Position numbers and translations under genes: made by a program
Notes under the pieces: generated by a model
What the model was told of the DNA's origin: nothing
The model's input: only the letters and a program-made list of their open reading frames with translations
Databases searched by the model: none
From: an uncultured Gammaproteobacteria bacterium
Lineage (GTDB): Bacteria; Patescibacteriota; Patescibacteriia; Magasanikbacterales; GWA2-37-8
Length of the DNA stretch: 64,000 bases
Direction: 5' to 3'
Assembly: GCA_964536725.1 (NCBI GenBank)
Contig: CAZHYJ010000003.1
Span: 39,065 to 103,064, forward strand
In this document: piece by piece, positions 9,826 to 18,711 of the stretch
How the letters are laid out: each line of letters begins with the position of its first letter
How positions within the stretch are numbered: the first letter of the stretch is position 1

Positions 9826-11199
9826 ATGCAAGAAGACTTAATGGAAAAAGTAACATCACTGTGCAAGCGTCGTGGTTTTATCTTCCCAGGTAGTGAGATC
9901 TATGGTGGTTTTGCAAATTCTTGGGACTATGGTCCACTTGGTCATTTATTAAAACAAAACATCAAAAATTTGTGGTGGAAATTTTTCGTGCAAGAACGGG
10001 CCGACATGGTTCCGCTCGATGCGGCGATTATCATGAACCCGCGGGTTTGGGAGGCCTCAGGTCACTTGCAGAATTTTTCTGATCTTTTGGTAGAATGTAA
10101 AAAATGCCATCACCGCTTTCGTATCGATCATTTGTTGGAAGCGAAAGGGATCGAGCCGAAATATGACAAGGAGCCAGCATATGATATGTCTGAAGTAAAA
10201 TGCCCAGACTGCGATGGTGATTTGACAGATCCAAAAAGTTTTAATTTAATGTTTAAAACTTTTATTGGCATCACCGAAGACAATACTAGTACCGCATATT
10301 TACGTCCAGAGACTGCCGGCGGCATGTTTGTAAACTTCAAAAATATTCAGACCACGACTCGTCGTCGTTTGCCTTTTGGTATTGCGCAGATTGGTAAGTG
10401 TTTTCGTAACGAAATTACGCCTGGTAATTTTATCTTTCGCACGCGCGAGTTTGAGATCGGTGAATTGGAATATTTCATTAATCCAAAAGATTGGGAAAGT
10501 ATTTTTGAGATGTGGTTGGGTGAAATTAAACATTGGTGGAAAGATGTAATGCAGGTGAATATGGATAATTTGGTGTGGCACGAAATTCCCGATGGTGAGC
10601 GTGCACATTATTCCAAACGTACCGTGGATATTGAATACAAATATCCTTTCGGTTTGAAAGAGCTGCACGGCATTGCCTATCGCACTGACTTTGATTTAAG
10701 TCGTCACGAAAAGGTAGGTGGTGTTGATTTACAATATACCGATCCAGTAACTAATGAAAAGTTTTTACCACATGTGATCGAACCAACCTTTGGTATCGAA
10801 CGTATGATGTTGGTCTGTTTACTTGAGGCCTATCACGAAGAGGAAGCGCCGACCGCTGAAGAAGGAAAAACAGAAAAACGTATTGTGATGAAGTTTCCTA
10901 AACACTTAGCCCCAGTGCAGGTGGCGGTGTTGCCATTGTCCAAGAAAGAGGAACTATCCAGCGTGGCCGAAGATTTGGCAGCAGAATTACGTAAAGAATT
11001 TTCGGTGGATTATGACGAGACTCAATCAATTGGTAAACGCTATCGTCGCCAGGATGAAATTGGCACGCCATATTGTGTGACCGTTGATTTTGATTCACTT
11101 GAAGACAAACAAGTGACTGTGCGCGACCGCGATACAATGGAGCAAAAACGCATTGCAATTTCGGAATTGAAAGAATATTTACATAGTAATGATATATAA
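9826..11199 (+). CDS. glyQS: Glycine--tRNA ligase (alpha2 type)
   Basis: KRRGFIF, YLRPETA, FRNEITP and IGKRYRRQDEIG motifs. Confidence 0.96.
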   Translation: MQEDLMEKVTSLCKRRGFIFPGSEIYGGFANSWDYGPLGHLLKQNIKNLWWKFFVQERADMVPLDAAIIMNPRVWEASGHLQNFSDLLVECKKCHHRFRIDHLLEAKGIEPKYDKEPAYDMSEVKCPDCDGDLTDPKSFNLMFKTFIGITEDNTSTAYLRPETAGGMFVNFKNIQTTTRRRLPFGIAQIGKCFRNEITPGNFIFRTREFEIGELEYFINPKDWESIFEMWLGEIKHWWKDVMQVNMDNLVWHEIPDGERAHYSKRTVDIEYKYPFGLKELHGIAYRTDFDLSRHEKVGGVDLQYTDPVTNEKFLPHVIEPTFGIERMMLVCLLEAYHEEEAPTAEEGKTEKRIVMKFPKHLAPVQVAVLPLSKKEELSSVAEDLAAELRKEFSVDYDETQSIGKRYRRQDEIGTPYCVTVDFDSLEDKQVTVRDRDTMEQKRIAISELKEYLHSNDI

Positions 11200-11202
11200 G
11201 GT

Positions 11203-12483
11203 ATGCCCAAAGTTGCCAAATTGAAAAATGGTTTTAACTTCATTAACATCCCCATGCCCGGGACCAAAGCGGTGACGGTTTTGGTTTTGTTTCCAGTAGG
11301 ATCACGTTTTGAGGACAAACAAATTTCTGGTGCTTCGCATTTTGTGGAGCATATGATGTTCAAGGGTACCAAAAAACGTCCTGACCATTTAGAAATTTCG
11401 CGCGAGTTGGATGCAGTGGGGGCAGATTACAACGCTTTTACTTACAAAGATTATACCGGGTATTATGTAAAAGTTGATACCAGCAAAGCGGAATTAGCTT
11501 TTGACCTGTTGTCTGACATCGTTTTTAATTCTACAATTAGTGAAGCTGAAGTAGAAAAAGAAAAAGGGGTGATTGTGGAAGAATTGCGCATGTACGAAGA
11601 CAATCCAACAATGGCAATTGATTTACTTTTTGATGCATTGATGTTTGGTGATCATCCGTTGGGCTGGGACATTGGTGGTACTACCGAAAGTGTGCGTGGG
11701 ATGACGCGAGATAATCTGTGGAAATATTACAAAAAATATTATTCGCCGGCTAATGCTGTGTTGGTAGTGGCGGGTAATTTGGAAAGTAAAAAGTTAAAAA
11801 AACTGCTAGGACATTTTACCAGTATTCCTGGTTCAGCCAAGCAAAAAGCTTGGTCGGGATTTTCTGGTTTCTCTTGGCCGAAAAATAGTCTACCATTAAA
11901 TGATAGGGTGCGAGTGAAAGAACGTAAACTTGATCAAGCGCATTTGTTGATGGGCTTTCCGGGTTTGTCGTATAAAGACAAAAAACTATACGCGGCCTCG
12001 GTGATGTTGAACATTTTGGGTGGGGGAATGAGTTCGCGTCTTTTTGTTGAAGTGCGGGAAAAACGTGGTTTGGCCTACATGGTGCGTGCTAGTATGGGAT
12101 CATTCCGCGATTGTGGTGTAGCACAAATTCAAGCCGGTCTTGATCCAGTTCGTCTTAAGGAAGCTTTGGCAACAATCAACAAAGAAGTGAAAAGGATAGC
12201 TAGCGAAATGGTGACAGTGCGAGAATTAAAAGATGCAAAAAGTAGTTTGATTGGTCGGTTGGCTTTGGCTTTGGAAGACAGCGGTGTGCAGGCAGAGAGA
12301 GCAGCTAAGCAATTCTGGTTTTTTCCCAAAGTAGAAAATTTTGCCGAGACAAAAAAGAAAATTCAGGCGGTGACGATTAAGGAAATTCAGCAGGTGGCAA
12401 AAGAATTGTTTGATCAAAAACAGATGCGATTAGCGGTAATCGGTCCATTGAATAAAGAAAAAGTTTTAAATTGTTTAAAATAA
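11203..12483 (+). CDS. M16 family zinc peptidase
   Basis: HFVEH inverted zincin motif; GGGMSSRLF..VREKRGLAY. Confidence 0.93.
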   Translation: MPKVAKLKNGFNFINIPMPGTKAVTVLVLFPVGSRFEDKQISGASHFVEHMMFKGTKKRPDHLEISRELDAVGADYNAFTYKDYTGYYVKVDTSKAELAFDLLSDIVFNSTISEAEVEKEKGVIVEELRMYEDNPTMAIDLLFDALMFGDHPLGWDIGGTTESVRGMTRDNLWKYYKKYYSPANAVLVVAGNLESKKLKKLLGHFTSIPGSAKQKAWSGFSGFSWPKNSLPLNDRVRVKERKLDQAHLLMGFPGLSYKDKKLYAASVMLNILGGGMSSRLFVEVREKRGLAYMVRASMGSFRDCGVAQIQAGLDPVRLKEALATINKEVKRIASEMVTVRELKDAKSSLIGRLALALEDSGVQAERAAKQFWFFPKVENFAETKKKIQAVTIKEIQQVAKELFDQKQMRLAVIGPLNKEKVLNCLK

Positions 12484-12489
12484 TAATAT

Positions 12490-13254
12490 ATGTCTTTACA
12501 CAACGGCAAATTTTATCTGTTCGCCAACTGGAAGATGTATTTGGATTACAACGAGTCAAATATTTTAGCGAACGCTTTGGCGGGTGAGACAAAAAAGTTT
12601 CCCGATGCAGTAAAGATGGCAATATTTCCTAGTGCCCTGTCTTTGTATCCAGTGTCACAAGTTTTGCATGATGTTGGGATTGGCGTGGGTGCGCAGAACG
12701 TGTATTGGGTGGATAAAGGTGGATATACAGGAGAAGTTTCGGCGGTAATGTACAAAGAAGTGGGGTGTGAATATGCATTGGTGGGGCACTCTGAACGTCG
12801 TCATCAGTTTAGTGAAACCAACCACGACGTTCGGGCTAAGATGGAAGCCTCTTTAGCGGCTGGGTTAACTCCGGTTTTGTGTGTGGGGGAGACGGCGGCA
12901 GAACGTGAGGAAAACAAAACAGAAGAAATTGTGGAAATTCAATTACGTGCCGCTTTGGATAAGTTGGAAATTCCAGTGGACCGCGAATTGATTGTTGCCT
13001 ATGAACCAGTGTGGGCAATTGGGACGGGTGTGGCTTGTGATCCGGTTGAAGCCGAACGCATGCATGCCCTGATTAAAAAGATGGTTGGTGTTTTGGCCCC
13101 CGGGAAAGATGTCGCAATTCTGTATGGTGGTAGTGTGCGCCCAGAAAATGTCGGTGAGTATCTTAAACAGGAAAATATTGTTGGTGTTTTAGTTGGTGGT
13201 GCATCGGCCAAGTTAGAAAGTTGGATGGAGATTGTTGAAAACAGTAAACTTTAA
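12490..13254 (+). CDS. tpiA: Triosephosphate isomerase
   Basis: NWKM, GHSERR, AYEPVWAIGTG and YGGSV motifs. Confidence 0.97.
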   Translation: MSLHNGKFYLFANWKMYLDYNESNILANALAGETKKFPDAVKMAIFPSALSLYPVSQVLHDVGIGVGAQNVYWVDKGGYTGEVSAVMYKEVGCEYALVGHSERRHQFSETNHDVRAKMEASLAAGLTPVLCVGETAAEREENKTEEIVEIQLRAALDKLEIPVDRELIVAYEPVWAIGTGVACDPVEAERMHALIKKMVGVLAPGKDVAILYGGSVRPENVGEYLKQENIVGVLVGGASAKLESWMEIVENSKL

Positions 13255-13264
13255 TTGTTTAAAT

Positions 13265-14164
13265 ATGTTTTTGGATATATTTTTCCTCGTCATTATCCTG
13301 CTCGGCATCGCGGCGATCGGTTTTGTTGTGGTACGTAAATTTCCGCAAGTGTCGAACTTGGATGTGAATAATTTACCACAGGAAAAAATATCACGGAAAA
13401 AACAGGAGATAATTTCTCGTCGAATTGAAGAGCAAGGTAAAGCTTTTAAAGCTAGTGGTGAAAAGTTTTTTGTGCCATTGCGAAAAGTTTGGGGTCAATT
13501 ACAACTGAAGTTTAGAATTTATGTTGGTAAGATCGAACGTTTGTGGCACCACGAACAGACGAGTAAACAGAAGGTTGAATCTAAACTTTCGCCAGAAGAA
13601 TTAGAACAAAAAATTAACCAACTAATTACCGAAGGGGAGCAAGCTTTGCAATTTAATCAATTTGATCGTGCGGAAGAAAAGTTTATTGCTGTAATTAAAT
13701 TAAATAATCGAGTGGCGACCGCTTATCGTGGTTTAGGTGATGCCTATTTTTCGCGAGACCTTCTAGAAGAAGCGAGAGAAACATATCGTTTTGTTTTGCA
13801 GCTAGAACCGGAGGATGATAGTGTTTTGGTAAAGTTAGCGAATATTGCGGAAAGTCAAGGTGATTTGGAAGAGGCAATAGAGTATTATCAAAAGGCGGTT
13901 TTGGTCAACGATTCGTTGTCTCCACGTTTCGCCAAACTAGCGGAATTGTTGGTTAAAATCAATCAACCGGAGGCGGCCAAAGAGGCGGTATTGGGGGCAA
14001 TTGAGTATGAGCCTCAAAACCCCAAATATCTTGACTTATTAGCAGAAGTTGCTATACTATGTCGAGACAAAGCGTTGGCTAGTAAAGCCTATAACGATCT
14101 GCGTCTGGTAAATCCAGAAAACAACAAGTTGGTGGATTTGCGTGAGCGTATAAATTTGATATAA
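13265..14164 (+). CDS. Membrane-anchored TPR protein
   Basis: N-terminal TM helix followed by multiple TPR-like repeats. Confidence 0.82.
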   Translation: MFLDIFFLVIILLGIAAIGFVVVRKFPQVSNLDVNNLPQEKISRKKQEIISRRIEEQGKAFKASGEKFFVPLRKVWGQLQLKFRIYVGKIERLWHHEQTSKQKVESKLSPEELEQKINQLITEGEQALQFNQFDRAEEKFIAVIKLNNRVATAYRGLGDAYFSRDLLEEARETYRFVLQLEPEDDSVLVKLANIAESQGDLEEAIEYYQKAVLVNDSLSPRFAKLAELLVKINQPEAAKEAVLGAIEYEPQNPKYLDLLAEVAILCRDKALASKAYNDLRLVNPENNKLVDLRERINLI

Positions 14165-14183
14165 TAGCGTTCTTAGAAATTGC

Positions 14184-14256
14184 GCCGTTGTAGCTCAGTT
14201 GGTAGAGCACCTCCATGGTAAGGAGGTGGTCAGCGGTTCAAATCCGCTCAACGGCT
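14184..14256 (+). tRNA. tRNA-Thr(GGT)
   Basis: Cloverleaf; anticodon arm cctcc-atggtaa-ggagg; ggttcaaatcc T arm. Confidence 0.95.
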
Positions 14257-14284
14257 CAAACCACATTACAGTGGTCACCATATT

Positions 14285-14357
14285 GCCGCCTTAGCTCAGT
14301 TGGTAGAGCAACACTTTTGTAAAGTGAAGGTCCTGGGTTCGAATCCCTGAGGCGGCT
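14285..14357 (+). tRNA. tRNA-Thr(TGT)
   Basis: gccgcct/aggcggc acceptor stem; loop tttgtaa; ggttcgaatcc T arm. Confidence 0.94.
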
Positions 14358-14371
14358 CTGTTTTTAATAAC

Positions 14372-14453
14372 GGGCAGATACCAAAGTGGCCAACTGGGGC
14401 AGACTGTAAATCTGCTGGCTCCGCCTTCGTAGGTTCGAATCCTACTCTGCCCA
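14372..14453 (+). tRNA. tRNA-Tyr(GTA)
   Basis: gcaga-ctgtaaa-tctgc anticodon arm; long variable arm. Confidence 0.95.
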
Positions 14454-14480
14454 CTTAGGGAATAATTAATTAACAAAGAT

Positions 14481-14633
14481 ATGTCCCAAGACAATTTAGC
14501 TAAAATGGAATGTCCGACTTGCAAGCAAGTGACTCACTTCACTACTCGTAATCGCAAGATCAAGACTCGTTTGGCTTTGAACAAATTTTGCAAGCTTTGC
14601 AAAAAACACACTGAACACAAAGAGACCAAATAA
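14481..14633 (+). CDS. rpmG: 50S ribosomal protein L33 (Zn-binding type), below the ORF-track cutoff
   Basis: MSQDNLAKMECPTCKQVTHFTTRNRKIKTRLALNKFCKLCKKHTEHKETK; lies inside the tRNA cluster. Confidence 0.93.
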   Translation: MSQDNLAKMECPTCKQVTHFTTRNRKIKTRLALNKFCKLCKKHTEHKETK

Positions 14634-14637
14634 CTCT

Positions 14638-15432
14638 ATGTGGTTTTTTACTTCTCTCTACCGCAGTTTATTTGACTTTCGGTGGCTGAAAGAACGTAGA
14701 AACGATTCCGGTTCTGCTTGGAGTTATTTTTTTCTTTTCATTTTTTTAATGGTTGGTTTGATATTGGTGCCATTGTTTGTGCAGATGCCAAACAATCTCC
14801 AGAAGTTGCGTGTTTTGGTAGATAAAAACGTACCAGATTTTCAAGCGGAATTAAAAGGTGGGCAACTGGCTGTTACCAATCTGGCTCAGCCGTATGTCTT
14901 AAAAAACAAAGATTTTGTTTTTGTAGTTGACACAGCTACAACTACAGATCTGCAACTAAAGAATTGGTTGGAAACTTCGACTATGTCTGGTGGTTTAATC
15001 ACTAAAGATCGAGTGGAATTTTATGATGCGGATAAAGGAGAAAATCGCGCTCAGTCTTGGAAGGATGTGCCGGATTACAAAACCAGCAAAAGCGAACTTT
15101 TGGCCTTCGTCGATAAATGGTTAAAACCGTTGGCACTATATTTTATCGGTTTGGTAATGTTTATCGGATTGTACATTGGCTTGATTGTTTCAAAATTGTT
15201 TACATTGTTGATCGTGTCAGCCTTAGCTTTAGCAATTAGTAACTTTGCGAAAAAAGGTTGGACCTTTAAACAATTAATTACTGTTGGTTTATTCGCTTTG
15301 ACTTTACCTACAATTCTGCTGACCGCATTGGGTTGGATAGGTGGTCGGGTGAGCTTTCTTTATTCGTTAGTTTTGTTAGCTGTTTTATTAGCGGTGATTT
15401 TTAAAAAGGATAGTAAGGAAATTTTAGGGTAA
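14638..15432 (+). CDS. DUF1189-like membrane protein
   Basis: N-terminal TM helix, soluble loop, C-terminal TM bundle. Confidence 0.65.
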   Translation: MWFFTSLYRSLFDFRWLKERRNDSGSAWSYFFLFIFLMVGLILVPLFVQMPNNLQKLRVLVDKNVPDFQAELKGGQLAVTNLAQPYVLKNKDFVFVVDTATTTDLQLKNWLETSTMSGGLITKDRVEFYDADKGENRAQSWKDVPDYKTSKSELLAFVDKWLKPLALYFIGLVMFIGLYIGLIVSKLFTLLIVSALALAISNFAKKGWTFKQLITVGLFALTLPTILLTALGWIGGRVSFLYSLVLLAVLLAVIFKKDSKEILG

Positions 15433-15439
15433 AATTTAT

Positions 15440-15513
15440 AGGGGCGTCGTATAGTGGCAGTACATCTCTCTCCAAAAGAGCAAGTGTGGGTTCGATTCCT
15501 ACCGCCCCTGCCA
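15440..15513 (+). tRNA. tRNA-Trp(CCA)
   Basis: aggggcg/cgcccct acceptor stem; loop ctccaaa; encoded CCA end. Confidence 0.95.
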
Positions 15514-15587
15514 GACAAATAATGGTTTAACAAAGCCATTATTTTTTTATTTGGCTGCAATTTTGATTGTGTGGTAAAATTAAATAT

Positions 15588-15893
15588 ATGATTAAAGAAT
15601 ATATAAAATATTTAAAAAATAATCCGGAAAAGTACTGGTTCAAGGCCAAGCTCTATGGTTGGGGTTGGACGCCGGTCAGGTGGCAGGGGTGGGTTGTTAT
15701 CCTTGTTTTTATTGGCCTTATTTTACTCAACTCTCACAGGGTTGATTCTAACATCAATTCAGCAAGTTATACATTGATAAATTTTATACCCCAAACTGTT
15801 GTATTAGTTTTAATTCTTTTGATTATTTGTTGGGTAACTAGCGAAAGGCCACGTTGGCAGTGGGGTCCGAAGGACAAAGGACGTAAGCCGTAG
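15588..15893 (+). CDS. Small membrane protein
   Basis: WFKAKLYGWGWTP..WQGW motif and two TM helices. Confidence 0.7.
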   Translation: MIKEYIKYLKNNPEKYWFKAKLYGWGWTPVRWQGWVVILVFIGLILLNSHRVDSNINSASYTLINFIPQTVVLVLILLIICWVTSERPRWQWGPKDKGRKP

Positions 15894-15928
15894 GTATATA
15901 TTTTTTGTTTTAAATAAAATTTTTAATT

Positions 15929-16771
15929 ATGATAAAAAACAGCAAACTTATCGCAATTTTTGAAGGTAAAAAAATTCGTCGGCAGTATGATGAAAAAACT
16001 GAGACATGGTATTTTTCAGTGGTTGATATAGTCCAAGCGCTCACAGACAGTATTAATCCAACGGATTATTTAAAAAAATTAAGAAAAAGGGATTCTGAGC
16101 TTGCCGGCTACATAGGGACAAATTGTCCCCAGGTAGAAATGGTTACAGAAACTGGTAAAAACAGAAAAACATTAGCGGGAACGCCCGAACATCTGTTTAG
16201 AATTATCCAATCTATTCCATCACCCAAGGCTGAACCAATCAAGTTGTGGTTGGCCAAAGTTGGATATGAAAGGTTGCAAGAAATGACCGACCCAGAAAAA
16301 GCTTTAAATCGTTCAAGAGATTATTGGCAACGCATGGGGCGAAGCGACAAGTGGATCCAACAAAGAATGATGGGGCAAGAAATTAGAAATAAATTGACAG
16401 ACTACTGGAAAAACAACGAAGTGAAAGAGCAAGACGAATATGCGATTTTGACAAACATTATTCACGAGGAGTGGAGTGAGTTATCGGTAAAAGAACATAA
16501 AAATCTAAAAAATCTCAAGACGCAAAATTTACGTGATCACATGACTGACGCGGAATTGGTCTTTACGGCATTGGCCGAACTTTCTACACGGCAGATTGCG
16601 GAGACGATGGAGACAAAAGGTTTAGAAGAGAATAAAATACCAGCGAAGAAGGGCGGAAGAATTGCTAAGGATGCGAGGGTTGCATTGGAACAGAAAACTG
16701 GGAAGAAAGTGGTGAGTGGTATTAATTTTTTAAATTCGGGGAATAATATAAAAAAATTTAAGAATAAATAA
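15929..16771 (+). CDS. BRO-N / antirepressor-like protein
   Basis: WYFSVVDIV, RIIQSIPSPKAEP and NLRDHMT motifs. Confidence 0.85.
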   Translation: MIKNSKLIAIFEGKKIRRQYDEKTETWYFSVVDIVQALTDSINPTDYLKKLRKRDSELAGYIGTNCPQVEMVTETGKNRKTLAGTPEHLFRIIQSIPSPKAEPIKLWLAKVGYERLQEMTDPEKALNRSRDYWQRMGRSDKWIQQRMMGQEIRNKLTDYWKNNEVKEQDEYAILTNIIHEEWSELSVKEHKNLKNLKTQNLRDHMTDAELVFTALAELSTRQIAETMETKGLEENKIPAKKGGRIAKDARVALEQKTGKKVVSGINFLNSGNNIKKFKNK

Positions 16772-16783
16772 TTTTTAAAACAT

Positions 16784-17233
16784 ATGCACAAAAAACTTTT
16801 TACACTATCTTTAATTGTCGGAGTCTTTCTTTTGGTCGGGGCAGGGTGCAAAGGGGATGCGCCAGCAGATCAGGGGGTAAACTACGACACTGATGTCAAA
16901 CCACTAATCGAAACCACCGAAGCACGCAAAGTCCGTGGTAGTTGTAATTGTATCGAAAGCCAAAGTACCTGCATTGATTTCATCGGTTCGATTTTTTCAG
17001 AAGAAAGAATGAGGTTGTCTTGTAGCGAGGGTAAGTTTTCTTTGGATGCCTGCCCATACGCTGATTTAGGTGGGTGCCAAGCAACCCCAGACACCGTTTC
17101 CGAGAGTATTGTCTGGTCATATAACTACGGCGGTGAACCAATTGACGCTGAACAGGCCGGTTATCAAGCCAAAGCGTGCAACTCTATGCAGATAAGTAAA
17201 TGGGTGCTACCGGCGGATTTATTGAAAAAATAG
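16784..17233 (+). CDS. Cysteine-rich lipoprotein
   Basis: Lipobox LVGAGC; several further Cys. Confidence 0.75.
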   Translation: MHKKLFTLSLIVGVFLLVGAGCKGDAPADQGVNYDTDVKPLIETTEARKVRGSCNCIESQSTCIDFIGSIFSEERMRLSCSEGKFSLDACPYADLGGCQATPDTVSESIVWSYNYGGEPIDAEQAGYQAKACNSMQISKWVLPADLLKK

Positions 17234-17253
17234 CGCTTTTTGCCCTCTCTAAT

Positions 17254-17282
17254 TTGACAAAGCACTTGTTTTGTGTTACAAT
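17254..17282 (+). promoter_or_regulatory. Sigma70-type promoter of the DEAD-box gene
   Basis: TTGACA-17 bp-TACAAT. Confidence 0.75.
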
Positions 17283-17384
17283 GGGCAGTCTTAAAGTTTT
17301 AAACCGAAACATTCGGTTAACAGACTCGTACCTCTTTTGTGTCATGTTTAGTGGCTAAGTAGGAATCGGGTCACTAAATAACAT

Positions 17385-18632
17385 ATGACGCAAGTCCAAA
17401 AAGAAGCACCAAGCTTCAATCAACTTGGTATTATTCCAAATATTCTCTCGGTTTTAGCCGTGAGAAAGTTTGTTGTTCCAACTCCGATCCAGCACCAATG
17501 TATTCCAGCCGCAATTGAAGGCAAGGATGTGGTGGGGATCGCTCAAACCGGTACAGGCAAGACTTTGGCCTTCGGTATTCCGATGATTCAACGTTTGGTT
17601 GCTGAACACGGTCAGGGATTGGTTCTGTTACCTACGCGCGAACTCGCCTTGCAAGTAGACGAAGTTTTAAAAAAGATCTGTAACCCGCTTGGTATGCGTA
17701 CCGGCGTGGTCATTGGTGGTGCCAACATGGGCCAGCAAGTGCGGATGCTGCGTGATCGACCACATATTGTGGTGGCGACCCCAGGTCGTTTGATCGACCA
17801 TATCATGGGCAAGACTTACAATTTAAATAACATTAGAATGATTGTTTTGGATGAAGCCGATCGCATGCTTGATATTGGTTTCATGCCACAGATTCGCCAG
17901 ATTTTGGCTGGTGCTCCTACCAATCGTCAGACGATGATGTTCTCGGCAACAATGCCAAGTTCTATCGCTGAGCTAGCTTCCAAATATATGAAGTTACCAC
18001 TTCGTATTGAAGTGGCACCGTCTGGTACTCCCGCTAAGAATGTGGAGCAAGAGGTATATATTGTTAACAAAGAAAGTAGGGCACAGTTGTTAGAAAAACT
18101 TTTAGTTGACAATCAAGGCTCAGTGTTGGTTTTCTCACGCACAAAATTCGGTGCAAAAAGAATTACCGCTAATTTGAACAATATCGGCTTTAAAGCTGTA
18201 GAAATTCATTCCAATCGTTCGCTTGCGCAACGCAAGAACGCGATGGAAGGTTTTAAATCTGGCAAATACCGCATCTTGGTAGCGACGGATATCGCTGCTC
18301 GTGGTATCGATGTAGTTGGCATCTCGTTAGTTATCAACTTTGACTTACCGGATAATTTGGATGATTACGTACACCGTATCGGTCGTACTGGTCGTGCCGG
18401 AATGTTTGGCAAGGCAATCTCGTTTGCTGCTCCAAATGAACGAGGTAACATCAAACAAATCGAACGTTTGATTCGCAAGACTCTGCCGATTCTCGGCTTA
18501 CCAGTTTTACCACCTCGTCGTGAGCCGGTTAAGATTGCTGTCTCAGATGATCAAGTACAACACCGTAGTTTCAACCCACGTAACAATCGTCGTTCGGAGA
18601 AGAAATTTGTTCCGCGCAGACGTAGTTGGTAA
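17385..18632 (+). CDS. DEAD-box RNA helicase (RhlE-like)
   Basis: AQTGTGKT, PTRELA, DEAD, SAT and HRIGRTGR motifs. Confidence 0.95.
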   Translation: MTQVQKEAPSFNQLGIIPNILSVLAVRKFVVPTPIQHQCIPAAIEGKDVVGIAQTGTGKTLAFGIPMIQRLVAEHGQGLVLLPTRELALQVDEVLKKICNPLGMRTGVVIGGANMGQQVRMLRDRPHIVVATPGRLIDHIMGKTYNLNNIRMIVLDEADRMLDIGFMPQIRQILAGAPTNRQTMMFSATMPSSIAELASKYMKLPLRIEVAPSGTPAKNVEQEVYIVNKESRAQLLEKLLVDNQGSVLVFSRTKFGAKRITANLNNIGFKAVEIHSNRSLAQRKNAMEGFKSGKYRILVATDIAARGIDVVGISLVINFDLPDNLDDYVHRIGRTGRAGMFGKAISFAAPNERGNIKQIERLIRKTLPILGLPVLPPRREPVKIAVSDDQVQHRSFNPRNNRRSEKKFVPRRRSW

Positions 18633-18711
18633 ACACTGTAGAATCTTGCTTTTTAGATAGCATTATGCTAATATAATTAGGCCAATTTTGGCCTAATTTT
18701 GTTATTATTCT

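Noticed and set aside
14291-14524. 77-aa minus-strand ORF, and similar ORFs at 15360-15560 and 48549-48839
   Set aside because: These are antisense shadows of tRNA genes.
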